The notes under the pieces were generated by a model that saw only the letters and a program-made list of their open reading frames with translations, did no database searches and was not told the origin of the DNA. Shown one piece after another: positions 39,471 to 53,262 of a DNA stretch of 64,000 nt (positions within the stretch are counted from its first letter, which is position 1; each line of letters starts with the position of its first letter). The translations under genes were made by a program, and so were the position numbers. This stretch comes from Hemiscyllium ocellatum (taxonomy: Eukaryota), in NCBI RefSeq assembly GCF_020745735.1, contig NC_083404.1, positions 58,651,731-58,715,730 on the forward strand, written 5' to 3'.

Positions 39471-41096
39471 ATCTGAAACTAGGATTTAAGAGGGCTAAAA
39501 GGGGCCATGAGAGATCCTCAGCAAGCAGGATTAAGGAAAACCCCAAAGCCTTTTATTCATATAAGGAGCAAGAGGGTAACTAGGGAAAGGGTTGGCCGAC
39601 TCTAGGACAAAGGAGGAAAGATATGTATGAAGTTACTGGAGAAAATACTAATGGATAAGATCTATTCCCCATTTGGAAGAAAATGGGCTTATCAGAGATA
39701 GGCAACAGGTTCTTGTGCAGGGAAGGTCACTTCTTACGAATCTAATATAATTCTTTGAAGAGGTTGATTGATGAGGGAAGTGAGTATTTTTTTTAGATTT
39801 TTTAGATTACTTTTTTAGATTACTTACAGTGTGGAAACAGGCCCTTCAGCCCAACAAGTCCACACCGACCCGCCGAAGCGCAACCCACCCATACCCCTAC
39901 ATATACCCCTTACCTAACACTACAGGCAATTTAGCATGGCCAATTCACCTGACCCGCACATCTTTGGACTGTGGGAGGAAACCGGAGCACCCGGAGTAGA
40001 TATCATATACATGAACTTTAGTAAGGCATTTGATAAGATTTCCCCGTGGTAAGCTGACGAAGAAGGTGAAGTCGCATTGGATCCAGGGTGTTCTAGCTAG
40101 ATGGATAGAGAACTGGTTGGGGAACAGGAGACAGTGTAGTAGTGAAGGGAGCTTCTCAAAATGAAGACCTTTGCTCAGTGGTGTCCCACAGGGATCCGTG
40201 CTGGGACCACTGTTGTTTGTGATGTACGTAAATGATTTGCAGGAAAGTGTAGATTGCCTCGTTAGCAAGTTTGCAGATAACAGTAACATTGGTGGAGTAG
40301 CAGATAGTAAAGGAGACTGTCAGAGTATACAGCAGAATGTAGATAGATTGGAGAGTTGGACAGAGAAATGGCAGATGGAGTTCAATCCGGACAAATGTGA
40401 GGTGATGCATTTTAGAGTGAACTATACAGTAAGTAGAAAAGACCTGGGGAAAATTGTTAGAGAGATCTGGGTGTTCAGGTCCACTGTTCCCTGAAAGTGG
40501 CAACGCAGGTCAGTAGATGGTCAAGAACGCATACGACAGTCTTTCCTTCATCAAATGGGGTATTGAGTACAAGAGTTGGCAGGTCATGTTACAGTAGTAT
40601 AAGACTTTGGTTCAGCCACATTTGGAATACTGCATACAATTGATTGCTGCATTACCGTAAGGATGTGGATGCTTTGGAGAGGGTGCAAGATGTTGCCTGG
40701 TATAGAGCATGGTAGCTATGAGGAGAGGTTGAGTAGATTATGATTATTTTCATTGGAAAGAAGGAGGTTGAGGGGGGACCTGATTGAGGCCTACAAAGTC
40801 ATGAAAGGTGTGGACAATATGGAAAGCAAGAAACTTTTTCCCAGAATGGAGGACTCCATTACTAGAGGTCACAAGTTCAAAGTGAGAGGAGAAAAAGTTT
40901 AGAAGAGATATATATGGAAAGTTCTTCACGCAGACAGTGATGGGTGCCTGGAATGCATTGTCAGTGGAGGTGGTAGGGATGGAAACGATAGCTTCATTTT
41001 AAAATGTGTCTGGACAGATACATGCAAGAGCAGGGAGCAGAGAGATATAGACCCTTAGAATATAAGCGTCAGATTTAGATAGAGGAAATGGATCAG

Positions 41097-41318
41097 GTAG
41101 GTAAAAAGAAGGACTGTAGAAGCTGGACACCAGAGTCTAGATTAGAGTGGTGCTGGAAAAGCACAGCAGGTCAGGCCGCATCCGAGGAGCAGGAAAATCG
41201 ACGTTTCGGGCAAAAGCCCTCTATTCCTGATGAAGGGCTTTTGCCCGAAACGTCGAGTTTCCTGCTCCTCGGATGCTGCCTGACCTGCTGTGCTTTTCCA
41301 GCACCACTCTAATCTAGA
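41097..41318. mobile_element. Young mini fold-back PLE derivative
   Basis: 85-bp inverted arms 41136-41220 / 41234-41318 with a 13-nt spacer; flanking repeat tagat(a/c)gagga(a/t)atggatcag (41076-41096 / 41315-41335). Confidence 0.9.
41223..41258 (+). ncRNA. Minimal type I hammerhead ribozyme motif (ACGT family)
   Basis: ATTC-CTGATGA-A-GGGC.TTTT.GCCC-GAAA-CGTC-GAGT; predicted cleavage after C41254. Confidence 0.75.
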
Positions 41319-41934
41319 TCGAGGATATGGATCAGCACAGGCTTAGAGGGCCAAAGGGCCTGTTCCTGTTCAGTAATGTACCTCATTCTAAAATGTCTTT
41401 TTTTTTCAGTAATACTAAAGTTCTTATTGCAAATTGAAATTCTGAGAGCATTGGTCCATTTCTGATAAGATAAGTTGGTTTAACCTTTGCATGTAACCAT
41501 TGGACTTCCATGATGTGGACTGTTTGGCTTGTGAAGGCAAAAAATAATGGAAAGTTCTCTTTAAAGTGTTTATTTGTTAATTAGCTGTGATACTACAGGC
41601 ATATAAATGAAAATTATTTCTATCCTTAAGTTTTATTCCATTTTTTAATTTCAATCTGTTTCTCTAAATTCTGCATTTGTACTTTTCCACTTCATTTGCG
41701 TTCACATTTTCTAACTTGGTCATTCTTGCTGTCACAATTGCTTTCTAAGGTACTTTGCTCTCTGTCAAGAGCCGTCTTTCTTTTTTCCTATACATTCTCT
41801 CTCCTATACTCCTTTCCATTCACTTTAATTCTCCTTCACACTCTCTTTCACTTGCTTTCTGACTCTTTTCCTAATTACTCTCTCATGCTCGCCCTCTTTC
41901 ACATGCCTTCAATCGCTTTCCTGCCTAACCTCAG

Positions 41935-44195
41935 TCAAAGAACAAAGACACTTTACAGTCTAGGAATAGGCCCTTCGACCCTCCAAGCCTGAGCTGATCC
42001 AAATCCATTGTCTAAACCTGTCGCCCAATTCCTAAGCATCTGTATCCCTGTGCTACCCACCTACTCATGCATCTGTCCAGACTTATCTTTAAATAAATCT
42101 ACCATATCTGTCTCTACTATCTCTGCTGGCAATGCATTCCAGGCACCTACCACCTTCTGTGTAAAGTACTTGCTGTGTGTATCCTCCTTAAACTTTTCAC
42201 CTCTCACCTTGAAAGCGTGACCTCTCATTATTGAATCCTTCACCTTGGGGAAAAAGCTTATCTCTATCTACCATGTCAAACCCTTCATGACTTTGTAGAC
42301 TTCAATCAGGTCACCCCTCAATCTCTCTTTTTTAATGAAAACAATCCTAACCTACTCAACCTCTCTTCATAGCTAGCCCTTCCTTCATCTATCAGCTTGG
42401 TCACTTCCTCAAAAAACTCCATTAAGTTGGTAAGGTACGATCTCCCCACACAAAGCCCATTCTTTTCTAAATAAAAATAGATTTGATCCCTCAGTACCTT
42501 CTCCAGCAACTTTCCCACTACTGACGTCAGGCTCACTGGTCTGTAGTTATCTGGAATATCGCTACTACCCTTCTTGTACAGGGGGACAATATGCGCAAAC
42601 CTCCAGTCCACCGGCACCTCACTTGTAGTTAAGGTGTTACAAAGACATCTGTCAGGGCCCCAGCTATTTCCTCCCTCGTTTCGCTCAGCAACCTGGGATA
42701 GATCCCATCTGATCCTGGGACTTTGTCCACCTTAATAACCACTAGCCTACCCAACCCATCTTCCTTCTTTGTCAACAAGATCCAGATTAATCAAACTTCT
42801 ATCTCTAATCTCAACATTCATCATGCCCCTCTCCTCAGTGAACACTGATGCAAAGTAATGGTTCAGAATTTCTCAAGTTTGACACACAGCCTTGCTTCTT
42901 TATTCTTTAGTGGACAAATCCTTTCTCTATTTACCTGCTTGCCTCTTTATAAGAATAAAAGGCTTTCCTATTCTCCTTAATTCGGATCACTAAAGCTATT
43001 TCATTACTCCTTTTAGCACGCTTGATTCCTCTTTTTAAGACTGGTCCTAGTCTCCTCTACATTGGGGGGACTGGATGCGTCCTAGCAGAGCGCTTTAGGG
43101 AACATCTCTTAGACACCCACACCTCCCCGTGGCCCAACATTTCAACTTCCCCCTCCCACTCTGCCGAGGACATGGAGGTCCTGGGCCTCCTTCACCGCCG
43201 CTCCCTCACCACCAGACGCCTGGAGGAAGAACGCCTCATCTTTCGCCTTGGATCACTTCAACCCCAGGCATCAATGTGGACTTCAACAGTTTCCTCATTT
43301 CCCCTTCCCCCCACCTCACCCTAGTTTCAAACTTCCAGCTCAGCACTGTCCCTATGACTTGTCCGAACTTGTCCGACCTGCCTAGCTCCTTTCCGACCTA
43401 TCCACTCCACCCTCTCCTTCCTGACCTATCACCTTCATCCCCTCCCCCACTCACCCATTGTACTCTATGCTACTCTCTTCCCCACCCCCACCCTCCCCTA
43501 GCTTATGTCTCCACGCTTCAGGCTCACTGCCTTTATTTCTGATGAAGGGCTTTTGCCCGAAACGTCAATTTCGCTGCTCGTTGGATGCTGCCTGAACTGC
43601 TGTGCTCTTCCAGCACCACTGATCCAGAATCTGGTTTCCAGCATCTGCAGTCATTGTTTTTACCTAGTCTCCTGATATTCCTGCAGGGCCCATTCTGTTA
43701 GCTGTCTGGACCTTATGTACGCTTCCCTTTTCCTCATGGCTCGTTGTACGATTTCTCCTGTCACCCATGGTTCATGAATCTTGCCCTTCCTATCCTTTGC
43801 TTTCAATGGGACATGCCTATCCTGCACTATCTTTAACTTATCTTTGAAATCCTCCCACATATCAAATGTGGACTTCCCTTCAAATAGCTGTGTACAATCC
43901 ACATTTCCCAGCTCATGCCTAATTTTGATGAACTTGGCCCAGTTTAGTACTCTTCCCTTAGGATCACTCTCATCTTTGTCTAGAAGTATTCTAAAACTTA
44001 CACAATTGTGGTCACTGTTCCCAAAGAAATGTCCCACTGCAACTTCTACCACCTGCCATGGCTCATTCCCCAACACCAAGTCCAATATGGCCTCTTCCGT
44101 CATCGGACTATTGACATCCTGCTCTAGAAAACTCTCCTGGACGCTTCTTACAAATTCTGCCCCATCCAGACCTCTGACACTAAGTGTATCCTAGT
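41935..44195 (-). mobile_element. CR1 LINE (endonuclease end to 3' tail, internally deleted) with a nested PLE
   Basis: ORFs 43660 ('EAILDLVLGNEP..FGNSDHN'), 42318 ('DWR.A.IVPLYKKG...NYRPVSLTSVVGK') and 42061 ('WNALP'). Confidence 0.9.
43057..43662 (+). mobile_element. Neptune-like PLE 3' fragment (GIY-YIG C-terminal half plus pLTR; hammerhead core at 43535-43570)
   Basis: 'LYIG.TG..LAERFREHL...RRLEEERLIFRLGSLQP'; 11-bp TSD cctagtctcct (43046-43056 / 43663-43673). Confidence 0.9.
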
Positions 44196-44429
44196 CTCAT
44201 ACTTTCATATTCGCGCTCTCCCCTTATTGCATGCACACATCTGTAATTTTGCTGAATCTCTCCCTTTATCCTGTGCATTGGTTTTACTCCTACATTGAAG
44301 GAGAATGAACCCATTGCTTCAACCTCAATAACAGCGTGGTCTATGAAATTCATAGTTTGGGAAAAGGCAAAGTGATTTAAATATCAAACACTTGAGATTT
44401 CAGTTTGATGAAACTCTTGACCTGAGTTT

Positions 44430-44797
44430 CATGAAGGGTGACCTTATCGAGGTTTATAAAATCATATGGGGCAAGCTTAGGGTGAGTAGCCAAGGTTTGT
44501 TTCCACAGGGCAGGAGAGTTCAAAACTAGAGGGCATAGGTTTAAGGTGAGAGGGAGAGATTTCAGAGACCCGATGGGCAATGTTTTCTCAGAAGGTGATG
44601 CACGTACAGAATAAGTTGCCAGATAAAGTGGTGGAGGCAGGTACAATTACAACATTTGAAAGGCATCGAGATGAGTACATGAACAGGCAGGGTTTAGAGG
44701 GATGTGGGCCAAATACTGGCAAATGGACTATATCAGTTTAGTATATCTGGTCACCATGGACAAGTTGGACCATGCTGTGTATCTCTATGACTCTCTG
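44430..44797 (+). mobile_element. CR1 LINE 3' fragment
   Basis: 'gggtgaccttatcgaggtttataaaatc...ctagagggcataggtttaaggtgagagg...tctatgactct'. Confidence 0.8.
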
Positions 44798-45237
44798 ACT
44801 CAAATATTACTAGTCAGAGAGAGGGCAGACGCCTCTATTTGGGCTGAGTGCAGTTACTGATGCAATTTTGCAAAAGATATGACTGCTCAGTCATCCTCAA
44901 CTTATCCTTTCTTACACTGTACAAGAACTTTGCATTTTTCCTCTCTATTATAGTTACACTGGATCTGCTTTAGATATTTATAACTGTGTAGGAAGTTTCA
45001 TGTTAATAATTCAATAATTAATCACTCATCTGGATTTTTTAACTGCATTTTACTTAACAGTAAAATACTTTGTAAATTATGAAGCAAATGTTACAGCAAA
45101 CTACAGGCTGTCCCAAATTTATGAATTTCAATTTATGAACAAATGTATTAATATAAATTTTAAAAATTCAACATGCAAATGTTCCCTTGTACTCGCTAGT
45201 AGCTATATTATGTTCCCTGTGTTGACAGTGACTGGGC

Positions 45238-45702
45238 AAAAATGAGGACTGCACATGGTGGAGATCAGGAATGATGAAGGGCTTATGCCCAAAAACATCA
45301 ATTCTTCTCCTTGGATGCTGCCTGACCTGCTGTGCTTTTCCAGCACTACACTTTTTGACTCTGTTTATAATGCCCTGACTTGCAAATGGACTCAATCAAG
45401 AATTGCTTGCAATATATGGACTAACTGCCAGGCAGAGCTGCAACATTGCATGCACACAGCATATGGAGTCCTTTTAAATGTGAACTCTTAAAGGGAAAGC
45501 GCACACATCTCTCTTTTCACCCCCCCCATCCCCCCACCCCAAAATAAATGAGTGCTTTGCTTGTAAAAAGATAAATTATTTTCTCAAAATATGGCATAGC
45601 ATATTCCTGAAGAAGGGCTCATGCCCAAAACATCGATTCTCCTGCTCCTTGGATGCTGTCTGACCAGCTGCGCTTTTCCAGCAATACATTTTCAGCTCTG
45701 AT
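45238..45702 (+). mobile_element. Two decayed Neptune-like pLTR fragments (about 45238-45362 and 45603-45702) with mutated hammerheads
   Basis: 'tga(t/a)gaagggct.atgccc.aaacatc...ggatgctg.ctgacc.gctg.gcttttccagca'. Confidence 0.7.
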
Positions 45703-48369
45703 TCAAGTGCAGGTCAGCATGGTCCTGGGTTTGATTCCCTGTCTCTAACACCTAAATTAATCATAGCTGAGCGTGCGCTCTTATTGGACATGGTTCTCAT
45801 TTCACTCTCTGAACAGCATTCAGCCATCGTGCATTGCATGGATTTCTGCAAATTGCATTAAAATCTGATTTGTCAATTATTCTGCTAGAATGAATGCTTA
45901 AATTCAATCATTTTATACCTGTCTTTCCTTTTTTAAGACCAGGTATAATGCATGTGCAGCTGAGCCTTTGAGGTAAATTGTGATGTAATTGTGAGCTGAG
46001 TAATCCTGAGATAGAGATTCTGTTCGAAGGCTAGAACTACAACCGCTCCAATGCTCCCATATCATTGTATGTCTGTACTGTTAATAAACATTCTTCAAGG
46101 CAACCTTGAGGTTTGACCTGAATGTATGTGAAGAACTCATACTAAAACTGTCTTAATTGGAAACAAAACAGAAATTGCTGGTAAAACTTAGCAGGTCTGA
46201 CAGCATTTGTAGAGAGAATTCAGAGTTTTGGGTACAGTGATCATTCTTCAGAGTTGTTCAGAACTGTTTCTGATTTCCAGCATCTGCAGTTCTTTGTTTT
46301 TGTACAGTTTTAATTGGTATGTTTTACTGTATGTTGAGAAACTGTGGCTGGAAACTATATAGATAGGCAGTTGACCTTGACCTTCCCCAAAGAAAAAACC
46401 CAGTGCATATCCAGCTGGTCTGTTCAAAGCATGTGGCTATAATTCTTCATAATATTTGCATATTTTCAGTTTTTTTAATGTGCATGTGTGGATGTCACTG
46501 GTTAGGCTATACTAACATTTTATTGTCTGACACAAAGGTAAACTTGCTTTGCGTCTGGAGTCACATGGGGACAGACCAGGGAAGGACTGTAGATTTCCCT
46601 CCCTAAACGACATTAGCGGAGCAGATGGATCTTTTACAGGAATTGATAATGATTATATGGTCACTGTTAGGACACCTTTTTATTTATTCTAGACTTTTAT
46701 TGAATGCAAATCTCCTCATCTGTCCTGGCAGGATTTAAATTGATATCCACAGAATATTAGCTTGGCGTCCTAGATTGGTGTCTATGCCATCCCCTTCCTT
46801 TGCTAATCGTTTACTTTTATTTAAAATAGCCATGTTTCTGATTTTATAAGGTGAATCTGCTTTAGAATCTTGTGAAGGCTTGGATGAAATTTAATTGAAT
46901 TTACATGGTGCAAGATTCAATAATTTTTCATAATGAGTTATGAAAACATAAGTGGCAATATGACAGTTTCGAATGTTATTTTATCATTGGTTCGTTCCAA
47001 TTTAATGCAGTTTACCGATAGCGCAAAAAGAAACTTGAAGAATAAGCTTAAAAAAGAGAAGTAATACAGATGTACTTTTAATATTTAAAGGAAGTAAAAT
47101 AAAGAAGTGAAAATAGGGATTTGGAAATGTTGAAGTAGATTTGAACAGTTGCAGCAGAATCCAAAACATCCTTCACGAATGTTACGGATGGATTCAGTGT
47201 TTTTGCTATATTATAGCAAATGAATGTGCCAGGGTATACTCCCAATATTTCATTTCCCATTATTGATAATTGTAATTTTGAGAACCCTGATTTCAACAAT
47301 AAATATGAGTTCCAAAACCAAAAAGTCAAGCTTTCATTCCAGTTGCACTATTTGATCGAAGTACTCAGTCTGCTTTGTTTGCATAAAACACTAGTCCAAA
47401 AGTTTAAAACTATTTATAGACACTTTAAGTTCAACTTCATTTAGAAGACTGTTTGTTTGTCCATTTTCTTTGACACAAAATAAGGAGGGTGCTTTTGACG
47501 TGTACTTCATTTCAAAATGAGTCCAGCTTTGTTTGATTTGTCAAGTTCAAACTTGTCCACAGTGTCTTGCAATTTGACAAACAATTTGTACCTAAACTAT
47601 TGTAAAAATATGATTGGTCCGCTTTGCAATTAAGCAAAGATTTTGAAATGGCTGATTAAGGTTTTCTGTCACCTTCAACTTCCTGCCATGCAAGATGCCC
47701 TTATTGGTGATGCCTCCGATTTAGTCATCACTGTTTTGCTGAGAACAAGTAATACTCCATAAAATCTGAGGCTTTTGGGCTTTATCAAGAAATGTTGTAT
47801 GGATTATGTCTGAATTTGCAGCCCTAATTTCACCAGTGGTTCAGGCTAGATTTGCATAAATATTATCTCATGCTTGAGCTCATTGTAGAGTCACAAGACC
47901 CTGGAGAATTTGAAAGTCAATAAGTAAAAGCTTAGTTGGACGCATTCTTGGAGATCTGATCACATGACATTCTGATCTCTCAACTTCTACTAATCTGATT
48001 ATGTTTACTTTTCTCATGAAGTTTAGGTCCACATAGTTTATCATCTTTGTTCAGGGTTTCACGCCAAATGCTATTGTGCACAAATTTGAAGTTTAAATTG
48101 CAAATTTCCTGAGTTGCTCGAGGCACAATTTTGGGGAGGAACCCTTCCCCAGTAATGCCAAAATAAACGCTTAAAACATTGGTGTTTTGGTGTTTAAAAA
48201 AACATCTTTTCAAAGGTAGATTGACCATCACTTTACGTTATGTATTGTTTAATCTCTAACATACCAGAGCTCTTTACAGAAAATATATAAGGCATGTGAA
48301 ACTATTAATTTAATGTTTAAGTGGACTAGACTGCCATGTATAAAATGTTTGTGCATATGACCACTGATG

Positions 48370-48865
48370 GCCATAAAATGTAAGAGCAGAAGTAGGCCAT
48401 TCATGAAATCATAGTTGATCTGAGAGAGTTCTCACCTGTTTATCCCCACAACCCTTGTTTCCATTGTTCATTAAAAATGTCTGTCTTGACTTTGCATATA
48501 CTTAATGACTCTGCCACTATAGCCCTCTGTGGTAAAGAATTCCAGATTCACTATTCTTTGAGAGAATAAATCTTCCTTATCTCTGCTTTAAATGTGTGGC
48601 TCCTTATTCAGAGATTATGACCCTTTTAGTCTTCAACACTCTGAAGGGGAAACAAACTTTCCATGTCTACACTCTGTCAATTCCCCTAAAAATCTTGTGT
48701 TTCAATAATGTTCCCCCTCATTCTTCTAAATTCCAATGTGTACAGGCCTGATACTCCACATCTACTCATAAGGCAGCCCCTTTGTATGAGCCTAATGAAC
48801 ATTCTCTGAACTGTCTCCAATGTCAATATTTGTTTCCTTAGATAAGGGAACCAAAACTCTGTCCA
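48370..48865 (-). mobile_element. CR1 LINE 3' fragment
   Basis: Homologous to 49550-50055, 53700-54000 and 56775-57370. Confidence 0.7.
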
Positions 48866-49273
48866 CTACTTCCCTTTTTAATATGTTGAAATTGGCCCCT
48901 CTAAAATATAGCTATCGTTGAGTTTTTCCTTTTCCAGTTTAATGGTCGAGCCAACTTATATTCTAGTCATTGTGTCCAAGATGTACCTCTAGAGAAAGCT
49001 GAAAATTCTGATCCACTTAAATTTGGCATCAATGCTGTGTGCGCATTTAAAAGCGGATAAAAGGAAAATGAGCACAGCAAATCCCTTCTTTTTACCAACC
49101 CTCCATTCTCGCAACTTCCCAGCCCTACTACTACAATGTTATCATGCTCAAATTGGCCACATAACTTATTCAAATAATTTTGTCTTCCTTTCTTTGGCTA
49201 TAGCTGTGCTCCTTTTATTCTACTAATTCAGTAATTTTCCTTGCGATTGATAGATAGCTAAGGTCATTAAGTA

Positions 49274-49497
49274 ATATTGGAGACGCCGGTGTTGGACCGG
49301 GTTGTACAAAGTTAAAAATCGCACAATACCAGGTTATAGTCCAACAGGTCTATTTTGAAACACTAGCTTTCAGAGCACTGCTCCTTCATCAGGTGATTAT
49401 TCTCCACAATCACCTGATGGAGCAGTGCTCTGAAAGCTAGTGCTTCAAAATAAACCTGCTGGACGAAAACCTGATGATGTTGTGTGATTTTTAACGC
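49274..49497. mobile_element. Fold-back PLE derivative of the AGCT family
   Basis: Inverted arms around 'attctccac'; 9-bp TSD cattaagta (49265-49273 / 49498-49506); tail on the left side only. Confidence 0.85.
49361..49395 (-). ncRNA. Minimal type I hammerhead ribozyme motif (AGCT family)
   Basis: CAC-CTGATGA-A-GGAGC.AGT.GCTCT-GAAA-GCTA-GTG; the + arm copy (49411-49442) has a 3-nt core deletion. Confidence 0.72.
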
Positions 49498-49549
49498 CAT
49501 TAAGTATGGAATCAAGTCAGTTAGATATTGTTAGGACACAGTTCAACCA

Positions 49550-50055
49550 TAAGGTATCTGAAAAGAATTAGCTATTTGGTACATTGAGTCTGCTTCATCA
49601 TTCAGTCAGCACTGAGGTGACTCTCCACCCCATTCTCCTGCTCTCTCCCTGTAACCTTTGATCCCCTTACTAATTAAGAACCAATCTTAAAGAACTCAAT
49701 GACTTTGCCTCTGCAGCAGTGAATTCCACAGATTCATCACCCTCTGAAGAAATTCCTCCTCTTCTTGGTTTTAAAGGATCACCCCTTAACTCTGAGGCTG
49801 TGCCCTCTGGTCCTAGTCTCTCATACTAGTGGAATAATAATCTTCATGGCCGCATTATCCAGGATTTTCAGTATTCTATAAGTTTCAATGAGATTCCCCC
49901 CTCATCCATCCTCACTCCATTGAGGACAGACCCAGAATTCTCATCCACTCTTCATTTGACAAGTCCTTCATTCCAAGGATTGTTCTTGTAAACCTCCTCT
50001 GGACCCCCTCCAAGGACAGCATGTCGTTCCTTAGATACAAAGTCAAAAAACTGTT
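49550..50055 (-). mobile_element. CR1 LINE 3' fragment
   Basis: Typical CR1 C-terminal and 3' UTR sequence in antisense. Confidence 0.72.
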
Positions 50056-51003
50056 TAATTAGTTCATTGAATAGTGAAACAGCTTCATAGGACTTTATGT
50101 TCTACTCCTGTTCCTATGATCAACAGATGCAGCTAGATATAACACAGTTATCCTTGATTTGGAATGCTTTGTGTTTTGCAGATTCTTCCACTAATTGATG
50201 TCATGTTCAGGTTTCTCGGAGTTTGCATCTGAAGCCCTTAAAAACATTGTCAAATAAGTTTCAGGCACCCTCTTGAATCTTATTGTAGTACGATTATCTG
50301 TTTGAGAGGCCAACAGTTATCGACTACTTGTTCATTTAGATTACTGCAACAATACCAAAGCCTTTCACTTTGTCTTCACATCCTTTTTTTTTTGTTCTGC
50401 CAATTAGCAGCAATTGGGAGCTCTGGCAGATCATTTTTGACTCGCCACCCAATTTCCCCACCTGACCCCCCACAACCTCCCTTTCCCCAAAACCTTTGGC
50501 AGCACTGAACCTAATTTGTAACACTGTTGCCCAAAATTAGCTACCTCAGCACAGACCAAGACTCGAGCCTACTATCTTATGGTTACTGTGGTCCAGCTAA
50601 ACATTGATTTAACTGGCCAAGTTGTCCAAGGTAAACAGCTACCTGTGTGAACAATGGAGAGCCTTTACTAGGCACTTAGCATTTATTACTTTTGACCAAT
50701 CATCATTATGAATAAAGACAATTTTCCAGTCTGTTCAAATGACACTTTTCTGCCCAGTGAAAAATTTCTATGTAGTGAGTCTGCTCAAAAACTCTTTTAA
50801 AGGATAGTTTTGAAAAGTATTGTTGCTGCTAGAATACATGGTATCTTTCTCCGATTCTGAACCTATGTTTTCATGCACAGTACAATTTGTGATGCTCTGC
50901 TGCTAACCCTCAGGAAAGCTTGGTTCTTCTACACTCCTTAAAAAGGATAGGGGGCATCCGGTGGAAGGGCGAAAACTGTTCCTGAGCCTCCAGTTAAGTA
51001 GGA

Positions 51004-51161
51004 GAAAGTGAGGACTGCAGATGCTGGAGATCAGAGCTGAAAATGTGTCGCTGGAAATGTGTCTTCAGGAATCATGAAGAAGGGCTCATGCCCAAAACGT
51101 CGACTCTCCTGCTCCTTGGACGCTGCCTGACCTGCTGTGCTTTTCCAGCAACACATTTTCA
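51004..51161. mobile_element. Mini fold-back PLE derivative (degenerate hammerhead)
   Basis: Perfect 17-bp TSD cctccagttaagtagga (50987-51003 / 51162-51178); inverted ends tgaaaatgtgt.gctggaaa / tttccagcaacacattttca. Confidence 0.88.
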
Positions 51162-51414
51162 CCTCCAGTTAAGTAGGATTTATACCACTTTAGAGCTCGG
51201 CTTTATTTTCAAGCTTCCTTAAAGTAGAAAATAAGTTATAGGTAGTTCATCTGTGGAAACAAGCAGGACTTTGCATTTAAAGCTACATTGTTCCTTCCTG
51301 AATTGAATTTGCTGACAGAGCCAAATTTATTTTGTATTTTCAGTGTGTTTTGTAACTGAGGTAGTTTCCAGTCTTTTTAACTCAATGAACAAGATTTTTT
51401 TTTTCTCTCCCCAG

Positions 51415-51484
51415 TTATTTGGATCCATTAGAAAACAAAATACTCATGCAAAGTAATGTTGGTGTCTCATTATTATACAGCCAG
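51415..51484 (+). CDS. SNX31: SNX31 coding exon: (S)YLDPLENKILMQSNVGVSLLYSQ
   Basis: Long pyrimidine tract + cAG, GTAAGT donor; 70 bp, phase 2/0. Resembles 'Y..P..D..LM..RV.V.LLY.Q' (F2 start). Confidence 0.92.
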
Positions 51485-52924
51485 GTAAGTGAAATGGATC
51501 TCTGTGGACATCAGTAGTAAAGTTCAGGGTATGAATGCAAGTAGCCTGGTGAACTCTAGTTTAACATTGCCAGTATATGAAAAATAAAGAACAGGACATT
51601 CAGTCCACTACGCCTGATTATCCCATGGGCTGGATATAACATGTATTATTATAGGCTAAATGGACCACCTTCATTCTTCTGTAGCAAATGACTAACCTCC
51701 AAAAACATCATTAAAAAGCAAGAAGGTTTTGAGTCTCAAGTGCTGTATTTTAGTGGGATGTACTGCTTTCCCACCATCCATGTAGTGGTGAGTGCTGCAA
51801 GTATCTCCATAAATGACAGTGAAGGACAGTGACCAGAGGCAAATCCAGGAAATTTTGGTCCGGAAGAGATTGGGCACCTGAGGGAGGGGAGTTGAGGGCA
51901 TGAAATTGGGTGTCTGCACATGGTAGAATAATGTAATATTCTGTTTGGGTACTTTGGGTTGGTGGTACTCCTGATGTGCACAGGTTTAAAAAACACTTTT
52001 GCTCTTTGCCCAGTGTTTTATGGCAGTAGAGGAAGCTGGAAGTCCTTAATTGCCACTTAATTGGCATTTAATAAGGCAGACTAACGAGATTCACATATGT
52101 TGAAACTGGGTCACATTGAAAAGCCTTGGGACGGTGTGGCTGTATGTTGATTGACATGTATGGTGACCATTGGGAGCAGTTGAGGGGAGGAGCAATTGAA
52201 GATGTGTGGCCCAGTAATGACCTGTCCTGTCACAGTTGGCAAACTTGTTCCATTGATCACTCAAAAGAAGTCATCAGGAAAAGGAGCAATCAGTGCCCAA
52301 ACAGTATTGTATGTCTTATGAAGATGGCAAGGGGTTGATTGGCGAAGGGCACAAGTTTGTTGCATATGGAGTGTCTGTGGAAAGGCAGACAAAATCTCTC
52401 AGGTTTTCTTCTGTCTTACCACCACCAGCACTGCAACCCCCCCGCCCCGCCCCGCCCCGCCATTTTCTTTTTGATAAGGAAAAGGTCAACATCCATGGCG
52501 TTTGAGCTACTTTCAGGTAATTGTACAGGCACCAGAACTAACAGAGCAAAATCAAGATTTCTGATCACCCTGAGCGAAGGGCCTCATTACCAGGAACATA
52601 CTGGGGATATTTTACATAGCTCACCTGTCGAAATAAACGCACAGTAGAAGTCTGCAAAATCCAGTCCCAAATATCAGGATGTTTGAACATCAATCTGACT
52701 TTATCATCTCTGGCAGCTTTGCATCTCATGAGACAATGGTTAGCACTGTCATGGTTCAATTCTGTCAACATTGCCTAGTGTGACTCAGCAGCTTTGCTTT
52801 GGCACAACAATCTCCGATGAATTCGTTGCTGTAGGAAACAGTGGCTGACAAAACACAGGATTTGCTGGTCTGTGTTTTATCTGGGTCCTCGCCTCAGCTG
52901 ACTGAGCTTTGTTTTTTTTTAAAA

Positions 52925-53262
52925 GATTTGTTCATGTGATGCCCACATCCCTGATTAGGCAAAGCATTTATTGGCCTTCCCTAATTGCCCAGTGGGCAAT
53001 TAAGAATCCACCATCTTGCTGTGTGTATGGGGTCACATGTAGGCAATTCCAGTTAAGGATAGCAAATCTTTTTCCTGAAAGAACATGAGTGAACCCAATG
53101 GTCCTTTTTATGATAACCCACAGTGGTCTCCTTTGGAATGCTAGATATTTATTGAATCAAATTTCACCATCTGGCCTGATGGGACTCTAAGCTGTATCTT
53201 CAAATGTTAGCCTGGAGCTCTGGATTAGAAGCGCAGTGACATTATCACTACGTCACTGCCTC
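52925..53262 (-). mobile_element. tRNA-SINE of the second family
   Basis: Homologous to 38325-38625 and 46480-46795. Confidence 0.6.

Larger units (their letters stand above)
39480..41375 (+). mobile_element. CR1 LINE (RT to 3' end) with a nested V-SINE 3' fragment (about 39790-39995, -) and a PLE hairpin
   Basis: ORF 40171 '[20 protein letters not shown]...SKFAD...WQMEFNPDKCEVMHF'. Confidence 0.88.

Noticed and set aside
45102-45500. Tigger/Tc1-like element starting TA-CAGGCTGTCCC
   Set aside because: No matching right inverted repeat could be found.
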